This document shows, one piece after another, positions 25,886-38,539 of a stretch of 64,000 bases of DNA. Under the pieces are notes generated by a model, which saw only the letters and a program-made list of their open reading frames with translations, did not search any database and had not been told where the DNA came from. Every line of letters starts with the position of its first letter. Position 1 is the stretch's first letter. Origin of the DNA: Hemiscyllium ocellatum (Eukaryota); the NCBI RefSeq assembly GCF_020745735.1, contig NC_083448.1, forward strand, positions 6,508,006-6,572,005. The letters are read 5' to 3'. A program made the translations under genes and the position numbers.

Positions 25886-25978
25886 AAAACAATTGGTGCT
25901 AGAAGAGCACAGCAGTTCAGGCAGCATCCAAGGAGCAGCGAAATCAACGTTTTGCGCAAAAGCCCTTCATCAGGAATC
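25886..25978 (-). mobile_element. Decayed pLTR hammerhead element nested in CR1 ORF2
   Basis: The minus strand reads attcCTGATGAagggcttttgcgcAAAAcgttgatttcgctgctccttggatgctgcctgaac; GAAA and GUC are mutated. Confidence 0.8.
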
Positions 25979-27616
25979 AGATGACCCTTCTTGAACAAGC
26001 GGATAACATTTGCTAACTTCCAGTCCTCTGGCACTATTCCTGTAGGTAATACCAATAGAAAGATCAAAGCCAAAGGCTCTGCAATCTCCTCCCAGGCTTT
26101 CCAGAGAATTCGAGGATCAATCCCATCTGGCCCAGGGACTTTTTTTTTCACACTTTTCAGAATTGCTTACATCTCCTCATGAACCTCAATCCTGTCTAGT
26201 CTAGTAGCCTGTATCTCAGTGCTGTCCTCAACAACATTGTCTTTTTCTAGAGTGAATACTGATGAAAAATATTCATTTAGTGTTTCCCTATCGCCTCTCA
26301 TCCCACGCACAACTTCCCATTACTATTCTTGATGGGTCCTAATCTTTCTCTAGTCATTCTTTTATTCCTGATATACCAAAAGAAAGCTTTGGGGTGTTCC
26401 TTGATCCTATCTAACAACGACTTTTCATGTCCCCTTCTGGCTCTTCTTAGCTCTCTCTTTAGGTCTTTCCCAGCTAACTTGTGACTCTCAAGCGCCCAAA
26501 CTGAGCCTTCATGTCTCATTCTAACATAAGCCTTCTTCTTTCTCTTGACAAGAGATTAAACGTCTTTAGTAATCCATGGCTCCCTCACTCGACCACTTCC
26601 TCCCTGCCTGACCGGAACATACTTATGAAGGACACACAGTAGCTGTTCCTTAAATATTTCAATTGTGCCCATCCCCTTCAGTTTTCTTCTCTATCCTATG
26701 CATCCTAAATCTTGCCAATTTTCATCATAATTCCCTTGCCCCCATCTCTCACTCTTGCCCTGCGGTATATACCAATCCCTTTCCATTGCGAAAGTCAATA
26801 TAATCAAATTGTGGTCACTATCACCAAAGTGCTCACCTACCTCCAAATTGAAGACCTGGCCAGGTTCATTACTCAGTACCAAATCCAACATGGCCTCGCC
26901 CCTTATCAGCTAGTCTACACACTCTCTCAGGAAACCATCATGCACACATTGAGCAAACACTGACCCATCTAAAGTACTCAAACCACAGGATATCCAATCA
27001 ATATCTGGAAAGTTAAAGTCCCCCAATACAGCTATCCTGTTACTCTTGCTCCTATCCAGAATTATCTTTGCAATCCTATCCTCTTCATCGCTGAAACTGT
27101 TCGGAGGTCGATAGAAAATTCCCAACAGGGTGACTTCTCCTTTCCTGTTTCTAACTTCAACCCATACAACCTCAGTAGATGAGTCCTCATCACATGTCCT
27201 GTCTGTCCCTGTATCACTGTCCTTGACGAACAATGCCACACGTCCCCCTGCATTACCACCTTCTCTATTCTTACTGAACCATCTAGATCCCGGAACCAGC
27301 AACAACCACTCCTGTCACTGCTCCATCCATGTCTCCAAAATGGCCACAGCATCAAAGTCTCAGGTACAACCCATGCTGCAAGTTCACCCACCTTATTCTG
27401 GATGGTCCTGGTGTTGAAGTAGACACACTTCAAACCACCGTCCTGCTTTCCAGTGAATTCGTTCAATCTTGAAATTTCTGACCTCACTGCTGTCAACCTC
27501 CTGGACACTGGAAATACAATTTAGGTTCTCATCCCCCTGCTAAATTAGCTTAAACCCTCCTGAAGGGCATTTGCAAACGCACCCCCCCCCAGCAAGATAT
27601 TCGTACCCCTCTGGTT

Positions 27617-27946
27617 TGTGGGCGGCACAGTGGCACAGTGGTTAGCACTGCTGCCTCACAGCACCAGAGACCCGGGTTCAATTCACGCCTCAGGCGACTG
27701 ACTGTGTGGAGTTTGCAGGTTCCCCCCGTGTCTGCGTGGGTTTCCTCTGGGTGCTCCGGTTTCCTCCCACAGTCCAAAGATGTGCAGGTCAGGTGAATTG
27801 GCCATGCTAAATTGCCCATAGTGTTAGGTAAGAGGTAAATGTAGGGGTATGGGTGGGTTGCGCTTTGGCGAGTCGGTGTGGACTTGTTGGGCCGAAGGGC
27901 CTGTTTCCACACTGTAAGTAATCTCATCTAATCTAATCTAACCTAA
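27617..27946 (+). mobile_element. HE1-like V-SINE nested in the CR1, young
   Basis: Full head, V-domain and tail with (atcta)n. TSD tggtt at 27612-27616 and 27947-27951; removing the SINE restores a continuous CR1 sequence. Confidence 0.92.
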
Positions 27947-29486
27947 TGGTTCAGGTGTAGACCATCCTGTTTGTAGAGGTCCCACCTATCTAAGAATGAG
28001 CCCCGGTTATCCAGGTATGTGAAATCCTCCCTCCTGCACCATCCCTGTAGCCACATGTTCAACTCCTCTCTCCCCCTATTTCTCACCTCGCAAGTACGTG
28101 GCATGGGCAACAAACCAGAGATAACAACTCTGCTTGTTCTAGCACTAAGTTTCCACACCAGCTCCCTGAATTTCCAGCTTAAATCCCCATCCCTTTCCCT
28201 ACCTATGTCATAGTACCTATGTGGACAACAACTTGGGGCTGCTGCCCCTCCCCCTCAAGAATCCCAAAAACACGATCCAAGACATACACCAACTGTGAGA
28301 CTCTCTCATTCCCACAGAACCTCCTATCTGACCCCTAACTATGGAGTCCCCAGTGATTGATGCTCTGTTCATCTCCCCCCTTCCCTTCTGAGCATCAGGG
28401 ATACAGCAACTCTATGCCAGAGACCTGTACTCCAAAGCTTACCCTGGTAAGTCATGCCTCCCCAACAGTATCAAAAATGGTAAACTTATTATTGAGGGGA
28501 ACCGCCACAGGGGCTCCCTGCACTGTCTGCTGGATCCTTTTCTGGGCCCTGACTGTAATCCACCTGCCTTTTTGTTGCACTTGAGGTGTGACTATCTTCC
28601 TGTAACCCCTCTCAATAGTCTCCCGAATGATCTGAAGTTTCATCCAGGTCCAGCTCTACTTCCCTAAAGTGGTTTGAGAGGAGAGGAAGTCAGCAGAGAC
28701 ATAGGTGGTGATCTTCCTCCCACGCTCCGCAGTAGGAACATTCAACTGCCCTCACCATCATTTCCGCTATTCTAAATTCCCAGAGAGACTGCAGAAAAAT
28801 AAAGAAAAAAACTAGTTACCTTACCAATCCGGCGCACAGAACCTTTTTTTTGGTTAAAGGTGGATGGATGGGAGACACTACCTAAGCAGTGTTTCAGGTA
28901 ATACAACTACCCATGTAGTAGTGAGCAGTTACTTATCAGACTGGGAGAAAGTATTTTGGCTACAAACAGGTCTAAGTTGTATTATTAAAGTTTGTGATTT
29001 ATTATCTCCACATAAAGATTTCTCACAAAGGAATATGCTCTTCGACTGAATGTTAATTTCTCTACCTCCAAGTCTTTTTGAAAGAAGAAAAAACAATGGA
29101 GTTCTCCTACGCTTTTTTGCCATGCCTCCAGAAGTGCAACAAAGTAAAGCCCAGTACATGCATTTTGATTTATACTGATCAATGTTTTCTTCAGAAACAA
29201 AAACCTCAACCCTCTGAAGGAATAGAATTAATTGAAGTTGTAAAGACTCCATCAGGGTGACAATGTCTAAATTATATATCTATTTAGTAAACTTCTTCTG
29301 TTCTTAAGTACTTCTAAAACATAGTCAACTGTTATTAGAATTTTATAGATTAAATTACAAACCAGATACATACTTTTTATTTAATCTAGTTTGTGAAGAA
29401 GGAATCTTCATCAATTTGGTTGGTTGAATAAACAGGCATTCAAAGTCTTTGAAAACATGAAGTTTCCAATATCATTCAGTTCTTAC

Positions 29487-29626
29487 CTGTGCTTCCCACA
29501 GGGCGAATTGTGTACTCATTCAATGTGAAGCCTTTTTCCAGTGCTTGGGTCCTCATGTTCTTGTTAAAAAGATCACTGCCAGTGAAGTAAAGCACACCGC
29601 AGAAATACTGATCTTTTGGAATTAGC
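29487..29626 (-). CDS. POLB: DNA polymerase beta, exon 13
   Basis: Acceptor tgcag ends at 29627; GTAAGA donor starts at 29486. The exon is 140 nt: (R)[46 protein letters not shown](G). Y271, F272, D276, N279 and R283 equivalents are intact. Confidence 0.98.
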
Positions 29627-32600
29627 CTGCAACAGTAGAAATGCATGGTTAGCAATGAGATTCCAAAGTTAATAAACATAAGTTAAAACAATACTTGTTG
29701 GTCAGGGCGTTTGAATCCTAAACTCATCCAAACTGAGTACCATGGTAGGTTGGATACAGACATAATTTATCTAATTTTTGAAACACCAGCAACTGGAACC
29801 AGCTTTCAGGAACGAAAACACACACAACCAAAAGTTCCTCCAGAAGCACAGTAGCATCCTTTTCAGCATCATTTCTGAAGTGTTGATTTGTAGTCATCGA
29901 TTTCAGTAATACGACCAGAGTACATAATGTTTGCAGTCGATTTTCACAAATATAGACTGGGCACTCCAAAATGAATGAGACAATGCATGTTCAAGTCTAA
30001 AAAGAGAACACATTCGAAGAGAATATATGAAGAACAAAGTCTAAATAAGGGGAAATACTTTGAACTTGATGTGGAACTAGGTTCATTCCCATGATCTATT
30101 TCATAATGAGGTTTTTGACTAAGCAGTACTCATTCTCACCATAATATATCATTATTTTTAAATTTACACATTATAGTCAGAAGAGCTTTCCAACAGAATT
30201 ACATAAAGTTGAGCATAAATCATCACATTAATACTTAATTCATGATTGCCTTATTAACCTCTACTGGAAATGGTGGCAATTAGGTTTAACTTCCTGCAGC
30301 CTAAATGATCATTTAACAACTTTAAACGAGACATATTATAGGTCAGATCCAAGGAATTTGTAAGATTTTGAAAACAATATGGAGGGCGTAAAAGCAATAA
30401 GAGCATGTTTTATTGAAGATGTTACTCAATCAAATGCCAAAGTAATCTTAATCAGTCACAGTATTCACACTGACAATTCAATAGAATCCCCAATAAAATA
30501 GCAGAATGTCTCTTAACAGTTGGCTATGTTTCTAATCATAATGGTCAGACTTTCATGAGCTTCATTTGAGCAAAATGTCACTTTTTATAAAATAAATGAA
30601 TATCCAGCTGTTTTTAATTGACTTTAAATTGCAAATTGCTGCTTGTAACAAGATTGAGAAAAGTGGTCAGCCTACGGCTTCAAGTGGAGGCTTGGTTCTG
30701 ATGTGAATGGAAACAACCAAGAATAATCAGTATGGGAGGTCCACTGTGCTTAGGCTAAACAAAGACAAAACCTAAACCACAAAGAGGAACACATAGCAAT
30801 CTGAGCTGATTGCCAAAACTGGAAATAAAGTATGACAGTACACCATTAAACAAGACCTAGATGTAAAAGCAAAATAAATGTTAAATTTACATTAGAATAC
30901 GGAATTTTGAAGTAAATCCAGGTATGGCAGTCAGGCTCATATGAAGTATCTTAATCACAAGAATCCACATCAACTCCACAGACTGAATCATTTGAAATTT
31001 CCCTGGTAATCTCTCAGAATCATTCAACAAAAGATGGCTTTTGGATAAACTCACCCATTTTCAGCAGCTGTACCACACAATGACTTGCTTTATCCTTCAA
31101 ATCACCTTCTCCATTTCTGCAATCCTGATTACTGGTTATTTGTGTCCCATGCAAAGTGCACTACTGTTCAATCTCTCTGTTCAAATTTTAGTTTCTGCTG
31201 CTTAGTTCACTTCTTGCTTTTCTCTAGTGTAAATCCAGGGCAGTTATCTCTCGCTTACAAGTTTCTTGTCCATTTTATAATAAAGATTGGCTTTGTTTTG
31301 GAACTGGAAAAACTCTGCCAGGAGTGGGCAAACTGGCTAGTCCCTTTTTGGAAAATAAACAATAGAAGAATTGGGAGTTGATCAACAGAAAAGGTTTGTA
31401 AAAATTTCCAAATGAAAATTCACTATTCTGTTGCATAAAAAATGAGGCAGATTGAAACGTTGCATCCAATAATGGGGCCAACAATGAGCAGTACTATCTC
31501 TTACTGATCTACTGACAACTTAGGAAACTGTTTATTGCTAAAATTGGGAGCTTTGTGATTGAATAATCAGGTAGTAAACACTGAGTGCTCAAGTGCAGGA
31601 AGCAATACTTTGAATAAACATAAATATTTGAAGAGAGGTATAATTCCATGGAGATCACTCCTTTACCTTTGGTGAGCATCTATCACCTGAAATTTCAGAA
31701 TAATTTAGTTTAAGAGCTCAGTCCTTGGAAAATTACATAAAACTAACCATTGCTAACCGACATGAATTGATCCTTTTCAATAAGATGAACAAAACTTAGA
31801 CAATTCAAAAAATAAGAAATAATATTCATAACTGTGAGTGTCTTGAAAGGGTATGCAAAGTCACACAATGATAAATCATAAAACTGCTATCCCAAACTCA
31901 AAATTTCATGAACCAATGCTTGAAAGTTAATAAGCAGACAAAGACCACACAGCAAGGTTGAAAAAAAGAGAGATTCACCAACAGGTATTATAACTGTCTG
32001 TTAAAGTCACAAAGGAGATAGATTTAATTCATGGATTTGAGTAGTAAAGCCAGCTCGAAAACATTAACTATTACCAATTATTAAATTATTTTGTAAAATT
32101 ACAGAACACTCTCCAATACTAACCAGATAACTTTGTACATATATTCTGATTGTTAAAGAGAGAAAAGGCAAGCAAATCAGAAACTTTAAAGAGAATAATT
32201 CCAAATGAGCTGCACTGATAAGTCAACATCCCAAAGATTTTTGTCAGAAATGTAGCTGATGAACCAAGAAATGATAAAGACACCACAATATTTCATGAAG
32301 TTGGAAAGATCAAAATAAATCAAAGACAAGTGATTAAGCAATGTTTAAAAGTTGAGGAAGATGCAGAATTTAGAAAAAAAAATTAAACGTAAGAAACTGC
32401 AATGACTGATGACGATAAAAGAGCTAGATGGGAAAGAGAAACAATGCGCAAATCAACGTATTTTGAGCTCTGAAGGCAAGATCATAGAGCCAGGACAAAA
32501 GTATCAAATAGATCAAGAGAAACAGACAAAAATATAATTGAAGAGAGATGACAGGTGAGGGAGCTATCGGTGATCTGACAGAAACTTTGTTTCGTACATT

Positions 32601-35029
32601 GTTCGATGGCTATTAGAAGGGTCTCAAAAAATAGTATAAACCTCGTTGAGTGACTCAAATGTCAAAGAGCTACATTGTTGATTTAGATTGTTACTTAGCA
32701 TAGTTTAAAGGTCAAACTTTTTTTCAGATTATGTTGCAAAGTCAATATTTATTGCTGATCAGTAGTCGCCCTGGAGAAGCTGGTGAATGCCTTCTGTTTC
32801 ATTGGTGCATCTCCAAGCGTCCCACAATGCTTTGCTCTCTCCGTTCCAAGACACTGATCCTGCAACTCTCAAGATGACAACTTTGGTGGCAATTAATAAC
32901 CCTTCCATCTTATAGTTCCCACTGACCTGCAACATGCTATGGGTTTAAATTCCAGGAAACATCCCATTTGGAGCAAGTTATCTAGTGTTTATCAAATAAG
33001 AAATAAGAAAATGATCCAATAAACACACAAGAAACTCTTCTGTTCCTGTTAACAGTTATGACCAATGACTCTGACATCCCCACCAACACAGCTGGCACAA
33101 ACCGAAATGTAACTGGCAATATCAGGCTAATTGTTTCATTTTACTTTTCCTCTTAGAGGCCACACACATGAAGCATCTCAACTCATCACAAAGCATCAAT
33201 TACAAGACCACCATCAATCTCATATTTGAATGGCTATTTGAAAACACAAAGTAAGCAGAATCAGATGCCGAATTCGGAAAAATTGAGCAATATATCATCG
33301 CAATATGTTTTTCTATGTCAACCTTGGCAATTGTTAATTGGGAATTATCAATTACATGGAGAAATAGCCACAGGCAAGTATTCTGGCATCAAATTAAGGA
33401 CCTTGCTTAGCCCTGAAAATTAGGTTCATATAAATTCAGCTCCACGTAGGTTTGGGACAGGATTATGGATTTCCCTTTGAGCATCTTTTCTGCATTCTCT
33501 CCATGTGTCGCCTAACCTCCGCTTCACTTTTGAAGGCAATGCTGGATTACAATTCCAGAGACCCCAGCAACTATTTTACACCACATCCAAATAACCATTG
33601 TTCACATAATCTTGATAATTAGTACTAGCAGGACAATTAGCCAAGTGGGAGGACATGAACACTCAGCCAGATCCTGTCTTTTTCCTGTCATTCATAACCT
33701 TCAGCAGGAATAGGCAGTTCTTAATAAATGTTCGACCCTTAAGACTAGTGAGGCCAACTGCACTACCTCAAGTTAACTGGATACTGATTAAGACCTTAAA
33801 ACTCAATTTTCTTGAAGTGCAAAATTCAGATCACACTATGATTGCATTAAGTTCCTGAAGCCCATGCAAAGAATCTATGCTTGGCAGAATTTGCTTTGTT
33901 AGATTAGAATTATAACATTAATTTAATAGAAACCACCTCTGAAATGAGTGCAGACAAGCAACAAAATGACTGGGATTATATTGCCATCTCTTAGCTTCCT
34001 GCTGAAGTGTAGACTCTTTGTCCTTTCTGTCCAAAATCATTTTGCTAAAGTCACAGTCTTACACACATTTTCAACAGCAACACAAGCTGTTCGGGAGTTA
34101 TCATCTTCAGTTATCATGCACAGAAAAATAGGATCAAACAACACAAAAGTAGAAAACTTTGCAAACCACAAGAAATGCTTCAGGAAGGTCAAAACTTAGT
34201 GAACAGGTAAACAAATGGCGAGCACAACTTAATATCGAGAAGTGCGAGTTACGATATTTTGGGGAGGGAAAAACAAGGAATTACAAGACAGAACCCATTC
34301 TAAAACTTTGCAGACAGGTACAACCAAACAAGATGAGTTGAGGGTTCAACTGTACAATTCCGAGAGACTAAACAAAATTTTTAAAAATCCTCAAAAGCAT
34401 TTAGAGATTAATAAATAATAACAAATAATAAATAAACTTCCATAACTCAATGGATTTAGAAAGCCAAGTATAAAGGCATAGATCAAGAGAGACAGGAAAC
34501 AGCCAAGATGAGGAGTTCTGAACAAAATTCAGCTGGGAAACATAAGACGACAGAGAATTAGCATTCAAGGGATACACAGCTAGGTATAAACTGATCATAT
34601 GATTTTGCCAAGAAGGTTTATTTCACAACTTGCATGCAATAACCTTAATGTCGCAAATGAACTTCAAGCCACCTCACAAACATAAGGGAAGCGTTGTTAG
34701 AATTCATCAAATTATCGTACAGAATATTATGGCTTCTACATTAACTTGTTCATTTGCAACCACACAAATTCTGCATCTGCTGTCAATTTAGATTGCACAT
34801 GGTTCCGAACTGGCAAGGTGAGAAAGTGGAATGATTACAATTTTTTTCAGTGAAAAAGAAAAGCTGGCAAAAAGAAAGGCCAAATGACATTGATTTACTT
34901 CATAAAGCAGAAGTTATCAAACTACTATCTTGGGGTGCTGACCATAATAATTGGGTAGGCGAGAGTTGGCGGAGTTGCACGCATTCTGAGTGATTTCAAG
35001 AATTTACAAATATCAGATAATTAAATTAC

Positions 35030-35094
35030 CTAATGTCAATTCTCCTGAATGGATAATCACTACCATCACTATCGTCAGGCAATCGGCAGACACC
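35030..35094 (-). CDS. POLB: DNA polymerase beta, exon 12 (contains catalytic Asp256)
   Basis: Acceptor ccttttt-caatag ends at 35095; GTAATT donor starts at 35029. The exon is 65 nt: GVCRLPDDSDGSDYPFRRIDI(R), with the D256 codon GAC at 35037-35035. Its phase joins exon 13 correctly. It is absent from the ORF track because it is short. Confidence 0.96.
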
Positions 35095-35221
35095 CTATTG
35101 AAAAAGGAAGTGCAAACAAATAGTTAGCAAAACATCATGGCTCAAAAGAGATGATAATAGAATACAGGAGTAAGCTGATTTTGTCCAGCACATCTGTATC
35201 ACAGCACAGAACACCACTGTC

Positions 35222-35326
35222 TGAAAACAAAAACAGAAATTGCTGGAAAAGCTCAGCAGGTCTGAAAGCATCTGTGCAGAGAAATCTGAGTTAACATTTC
35301 ACGTCCAGTGACCCTTCCTCAGAACT
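35222..35326 (-). mobile_element. Decayed pLTR hammerhead element (third family)
   Basis: The minus strand reads CTGAGGA-A-GGGTC-ACTG-GACGT-GAAA-TG-TTA followed by ...gacctgctgagcttttccagcaatttctg. Confidence 0.65.
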
Positions 35327-35483
35327 GCCGTGGAAGCACAAAATAAAAAATGCCCATTATGGATTCTGCAATTACCTTGGCACATTCCAAACCCACCACT
35401 CTTTCACACACAGACAAAGTCATTTACAAGGACAGAGTGTCAGTATTTGATCAACAGAGCAACCACAACACAACAAATAAGAT

Positions 35484-35522
35484 TTCCATAAGTAGCAATG
35501 CTGCAGCATGCTACTTATGGAA
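35484..35522. repeat. 39-bp near-perfect palindrome
   Basis: ttccataagtagcaatgctg|cagcatgctacttatggaa: 19 bp paired with a single bulged A. Confidence 0.9.
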
Positions 35523-36169
35523 GTGAAGTCTCCCCATGTGATTCTTTGCAATCAAATGCAGAAAGGTCATCAAAGTCACAGGGAAGTAGTGGCATGCGAC
35601 AACTCAGTGGAAAATGGCTCTGGAACCGAAGGCGCAAGTGGTCTTGAGTCAGGAGAACCCTGAGGTAGGTTTGTAAAATATATTAATACAGAACAGATGA
35701 AAATTGCAGAGTGGGCAAGGGCAACCCCAATGAGGAAGAACGTTTTAAAATAGTCAAAAGTAGTTGCTTATTCCAGTCTTCTCTTGCATACGTCTTCCAA
35801 ACAGAAAATGTATCACGGCAGAAATAAATTGTTCAAAATCAGTCAACAAATGCTTCACTCTTTTTATCTGCTTTGATAGTTTTGAGTGTGCTCATGTAAT
35901 TTTTATGTTCTTTTATGCTGAACATTAACAATGTTAGTTTTCATTGTCAAGACATGGCTGTTGATATGCAAATCAGACTGCAAATTTGACAAGTCATATA
36001 TTAAAATACAGGAACATTCTAACAATGAAAAGAAACAAATGCAATGCATATTAAAGTGTTGAAACCCACCTCATAGCTCTGAACTCATTGCAAAAATGCA
36101 ATAGAATGTGCATTGCAAACTAACATGCAACTTGACCTTGCAATTTAACAGTAAGTTAAAGCCAAAAAT

Positions 36170-36300
36170 AAATCTGCTGGAGAAACCCAGCAGGTCTGGC
36201 AACCAGATTTAACATTTTCAGTCCAGTACGATTTCATTTTCCTTCTGAAGAAGAGTCACACTGGACTTGAAATGTTAACACTGTTTCTCTCTCCACTGAG
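36170..36300. mobile_element. Decayed fold-back pLTR hammerhead element
   Basis: CTGAAGA at 36245-36251, then A-GAGTC-acactg-GACTT-GAAA-TG-TTA (CpG-type decay of GACTCGAAACG). An inverted partial arm lies at about 36175-36230. Confidence 0.6.
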
Positions 36301-38321
36301 GCTAGATTGCCAGTATCCACAATACTTTGCTTACTCAAGTGAGTTGAAGCCACTGTGCTCATTCAAAAATGTTCCCACTAACCCCATTCAATTCAGTCAA
36401 TGGAATTCCTCTTTTACCATGAAATGAACAATATGGACTTTACAAAAGAGTTCACACAAAGTCTTTGTGATCGTTCTTTACGTTGATCTTCAGTGACCAA
36501 TTTGTAACTTGAAAGAGGAATCTGTAATATAGCAAATGTTCAAAGCTGCACTGGAAATATTTTTGTCTCGAGGTTTTTTATTTATAAGTATTCCTGTTCT
36601 ACTTTTTTCTGAATCACTTTCCCACTGAAATAGTAACAGTATCTCTTACAAAATGAGAGGCACAGTATCAAAAACACAGACAGACATAAAGATACAGGAG
36701 TACAATTACAAACTTCAAAGGACTGCTGTTTTTAAACAAAGCCCACTCAAAATAGCTTATCAGGAAGCAAAAGTTACCACTGAGCATAATCAGGACAACT
36801 GCAGATCCTTTCAGACACTTTCAATTTCAATGCTTTTATGGCAATGCTCAAATGATTTACCATTTCAAAGTTTTTTGGAACTACGTATTGGCGGGGTGGG
36901 GGGGGGTCAGCATTTCTTTCCACAGGTCCGAAAATATACAAATCTGCAGATCATGAATATTCATCACAGTGGAAGTTGTGGGTTCTCCCGTCCCAAACTC
37001 CTCCTCATCACTTGCTTTCCACAGACCAACTTCACTGCCTAGTAGCCTCTTGAGATCTTTTGCCTGGTTGCTCTTCATCGGATCCACCTAAATATTTCTT
37101 CTCGACCAAGCTGACAATGCAATCTTTTACTAAAGAATGATAATATCTATGAATTCAAGAGAAATCCATTCAGTTCAGATATCCCAGTCTACTCCCCAAG
37201 CCAATCTTATAGAATCCCTAAGACAATAAGACACAGGAGCAGAAATTAGGCCATTCAGCCCATCAAGTCTGTTCCGCCATTCAATCACGGCTGATAAGTT
37301 TCTCAACCCCATTCTCCCTCTGTCTCCCTGGAACCCTTGATCCCCTTGAAATTCAAAAACCGAAATCTTTCAGATTTAAATGTACTCAATGATCTGATAG
37401 CCACGGCATTCTGTGCCAATGAATTCCATGAATTCACCACTCTGGATGAAAAAGTTTCTCCTTACCTTCATTCTGAAAGGTCTTCCCTTAACGCTAAGGC
37501 TGTGCCCTTGGGTCCGCGTCTCTCCTAGCAATGGAAACATCTTCCCAACATCTACTCTGTCCAGGCCATTCAATATTCTGTATGTTTTAATTAGATTCCC
37601 CCTCTTCCTTCTAAACTCAGACTCTCAACACAAGATCCTCATATGTTTCGCTTTTCATTCCTGGCCCATTCTTGTGAAACTTCTCTAAACACATTCTAAG
37701 ACAATTACATCCTTCCTGTGATATAGGGCCCAAAACTGTGCACAATACTCCAAATGTGGTCTGACCAGAGCTTTCTCGAGCCTCAGAAGTACATCCCTGC
37801 TTTGATATTCAACTCCTCTCAAAATAAATGCCATCATTGCATTTGCCTTCCTAATTACTGACTCAACCTGCAAGTTTACCTGGAGAGAATCCTGGACTTG
37901 AACTTCCAAGTCTCTTTGCACTTCAGACTTCTGAAATTTCTCCCCATTTAGAAAATAGTCCTCTATTCTCTGTACCAAAGTGCATGACCTTACACTTACC
38001 CACATTGTCCTCCATCTGCCACTTCTTTGCCCACTCGCCTCACCTATCCAAATCCTTCTGCCGCTTCCCTGCCTCCTCACTGCTACCTGTCCCTCTACCT
38101 CCCTTTGTATCATCTGCAAACTTAGCCAGAATGCCCTCAGTTCCTTCATCTCGATGGCTAATGAACAAAGTTAAAAATTGTGGTCCCAACACTGAGCCTT
38201 GTGGAACACCACTTGTTACCAGCTGCCATTCTGAGAAGGACCCTTTTATCCCCACTCACTGCTTTTTGCCAGACAGCCAAGCTTACATCCATGTTAGTAC
38301 CTTGTCTCTGACACCATGGGC

Positions 38322-38539
38322 TGAAAATGTGTTGCTGGAAAAGCGCAGCAGGTCAGGCAGCATCCAAGGAGCAGGAGAATTGACGTTTTGGGCATGAGCT
38401 CTTCTTCAGGAATTCCTGAAGAAGGGCTTTTGCCCGAAACGTCGATAGTCCTGCTCCTTGGATGCTGCCTGACCTGCTGCGCTTTTCCAGCAACACATTT
38501 TCAGCTCTGATCTCCAGCATCTGCAGACCTCACTTTCTC
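38322..38539. mobile_element. Young fold-back pLTR hammerhead element with a 14-16 bp TSD
   Basis: The inverted arms meet in a perfect 24-bp palindrome, cttcttcaggaattcctgaagaag (38401-38424). The direct repeat ctctgacaccatgggc is at 38306-38321 and 38540-38555. Confidence 0.93.
38407..38453 (+). ncRNA. Intact minimal type I hammerhead ribozyme motif
   Basis: CUGAAGA (38416-22), A, stem II GGGC-UUUU-GCCC, GAAA (38436-39), CG, UC. The predicted cut is after C38443 (GUC triplet). Stem III is the palindrome ACGU. Stem I is C38415-G38444 and U38414-A38445, then an internal loop, then CAGGA/UCCUG. Activity untested. Confidence 0.8.

Larger units (their letters stand above)
24530..28915 (-). mobile_element. 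Near full-length, inactivated CR1 LINE (5' UTR, ORF1 zinc finger plus SGNH esterase, ORF2 endonuclease-RT) in POLB intron 13
   Basis: ORF1 start MMVRAVECSYCGAWE near 28760; VPLNNKFTIFDTV; esterase block VVISGLLP...WDLYKQDGLHLN. Endonuclease motifs LLGIFYRPP and VLGDFNFPDIDW. RT motifs VDVVYIDFSRAFDKVPH, QGSVLGPLLFVIFINDL and SKFVDDTK (catalytic YADD altered). ATGTTCT-type 3' tail at about 24535-24550. Multiple frameshifts and two nested insertions. Confidence 0.95.

Noticed and set aside
33122-33189. Possible intronic C/D box snoRNA (GTGATGA...CTGA on the minus strand)
   Set aside because: There is no terminal stem and no recognisable rRNA guide; short boxes like these arise by chance.
35421-35447. 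TDTLS match as POLB exon 11
   Set aside because: It continues L-stop instead of KGETKFM and has no splice donor, so it is a chance match.
36881-37087. 68-aa minus-strand ORF with an acceptor-like start
   Set aside because: It has no recognisable homology, does not fit the POLB exon order, and has no convincing donor.
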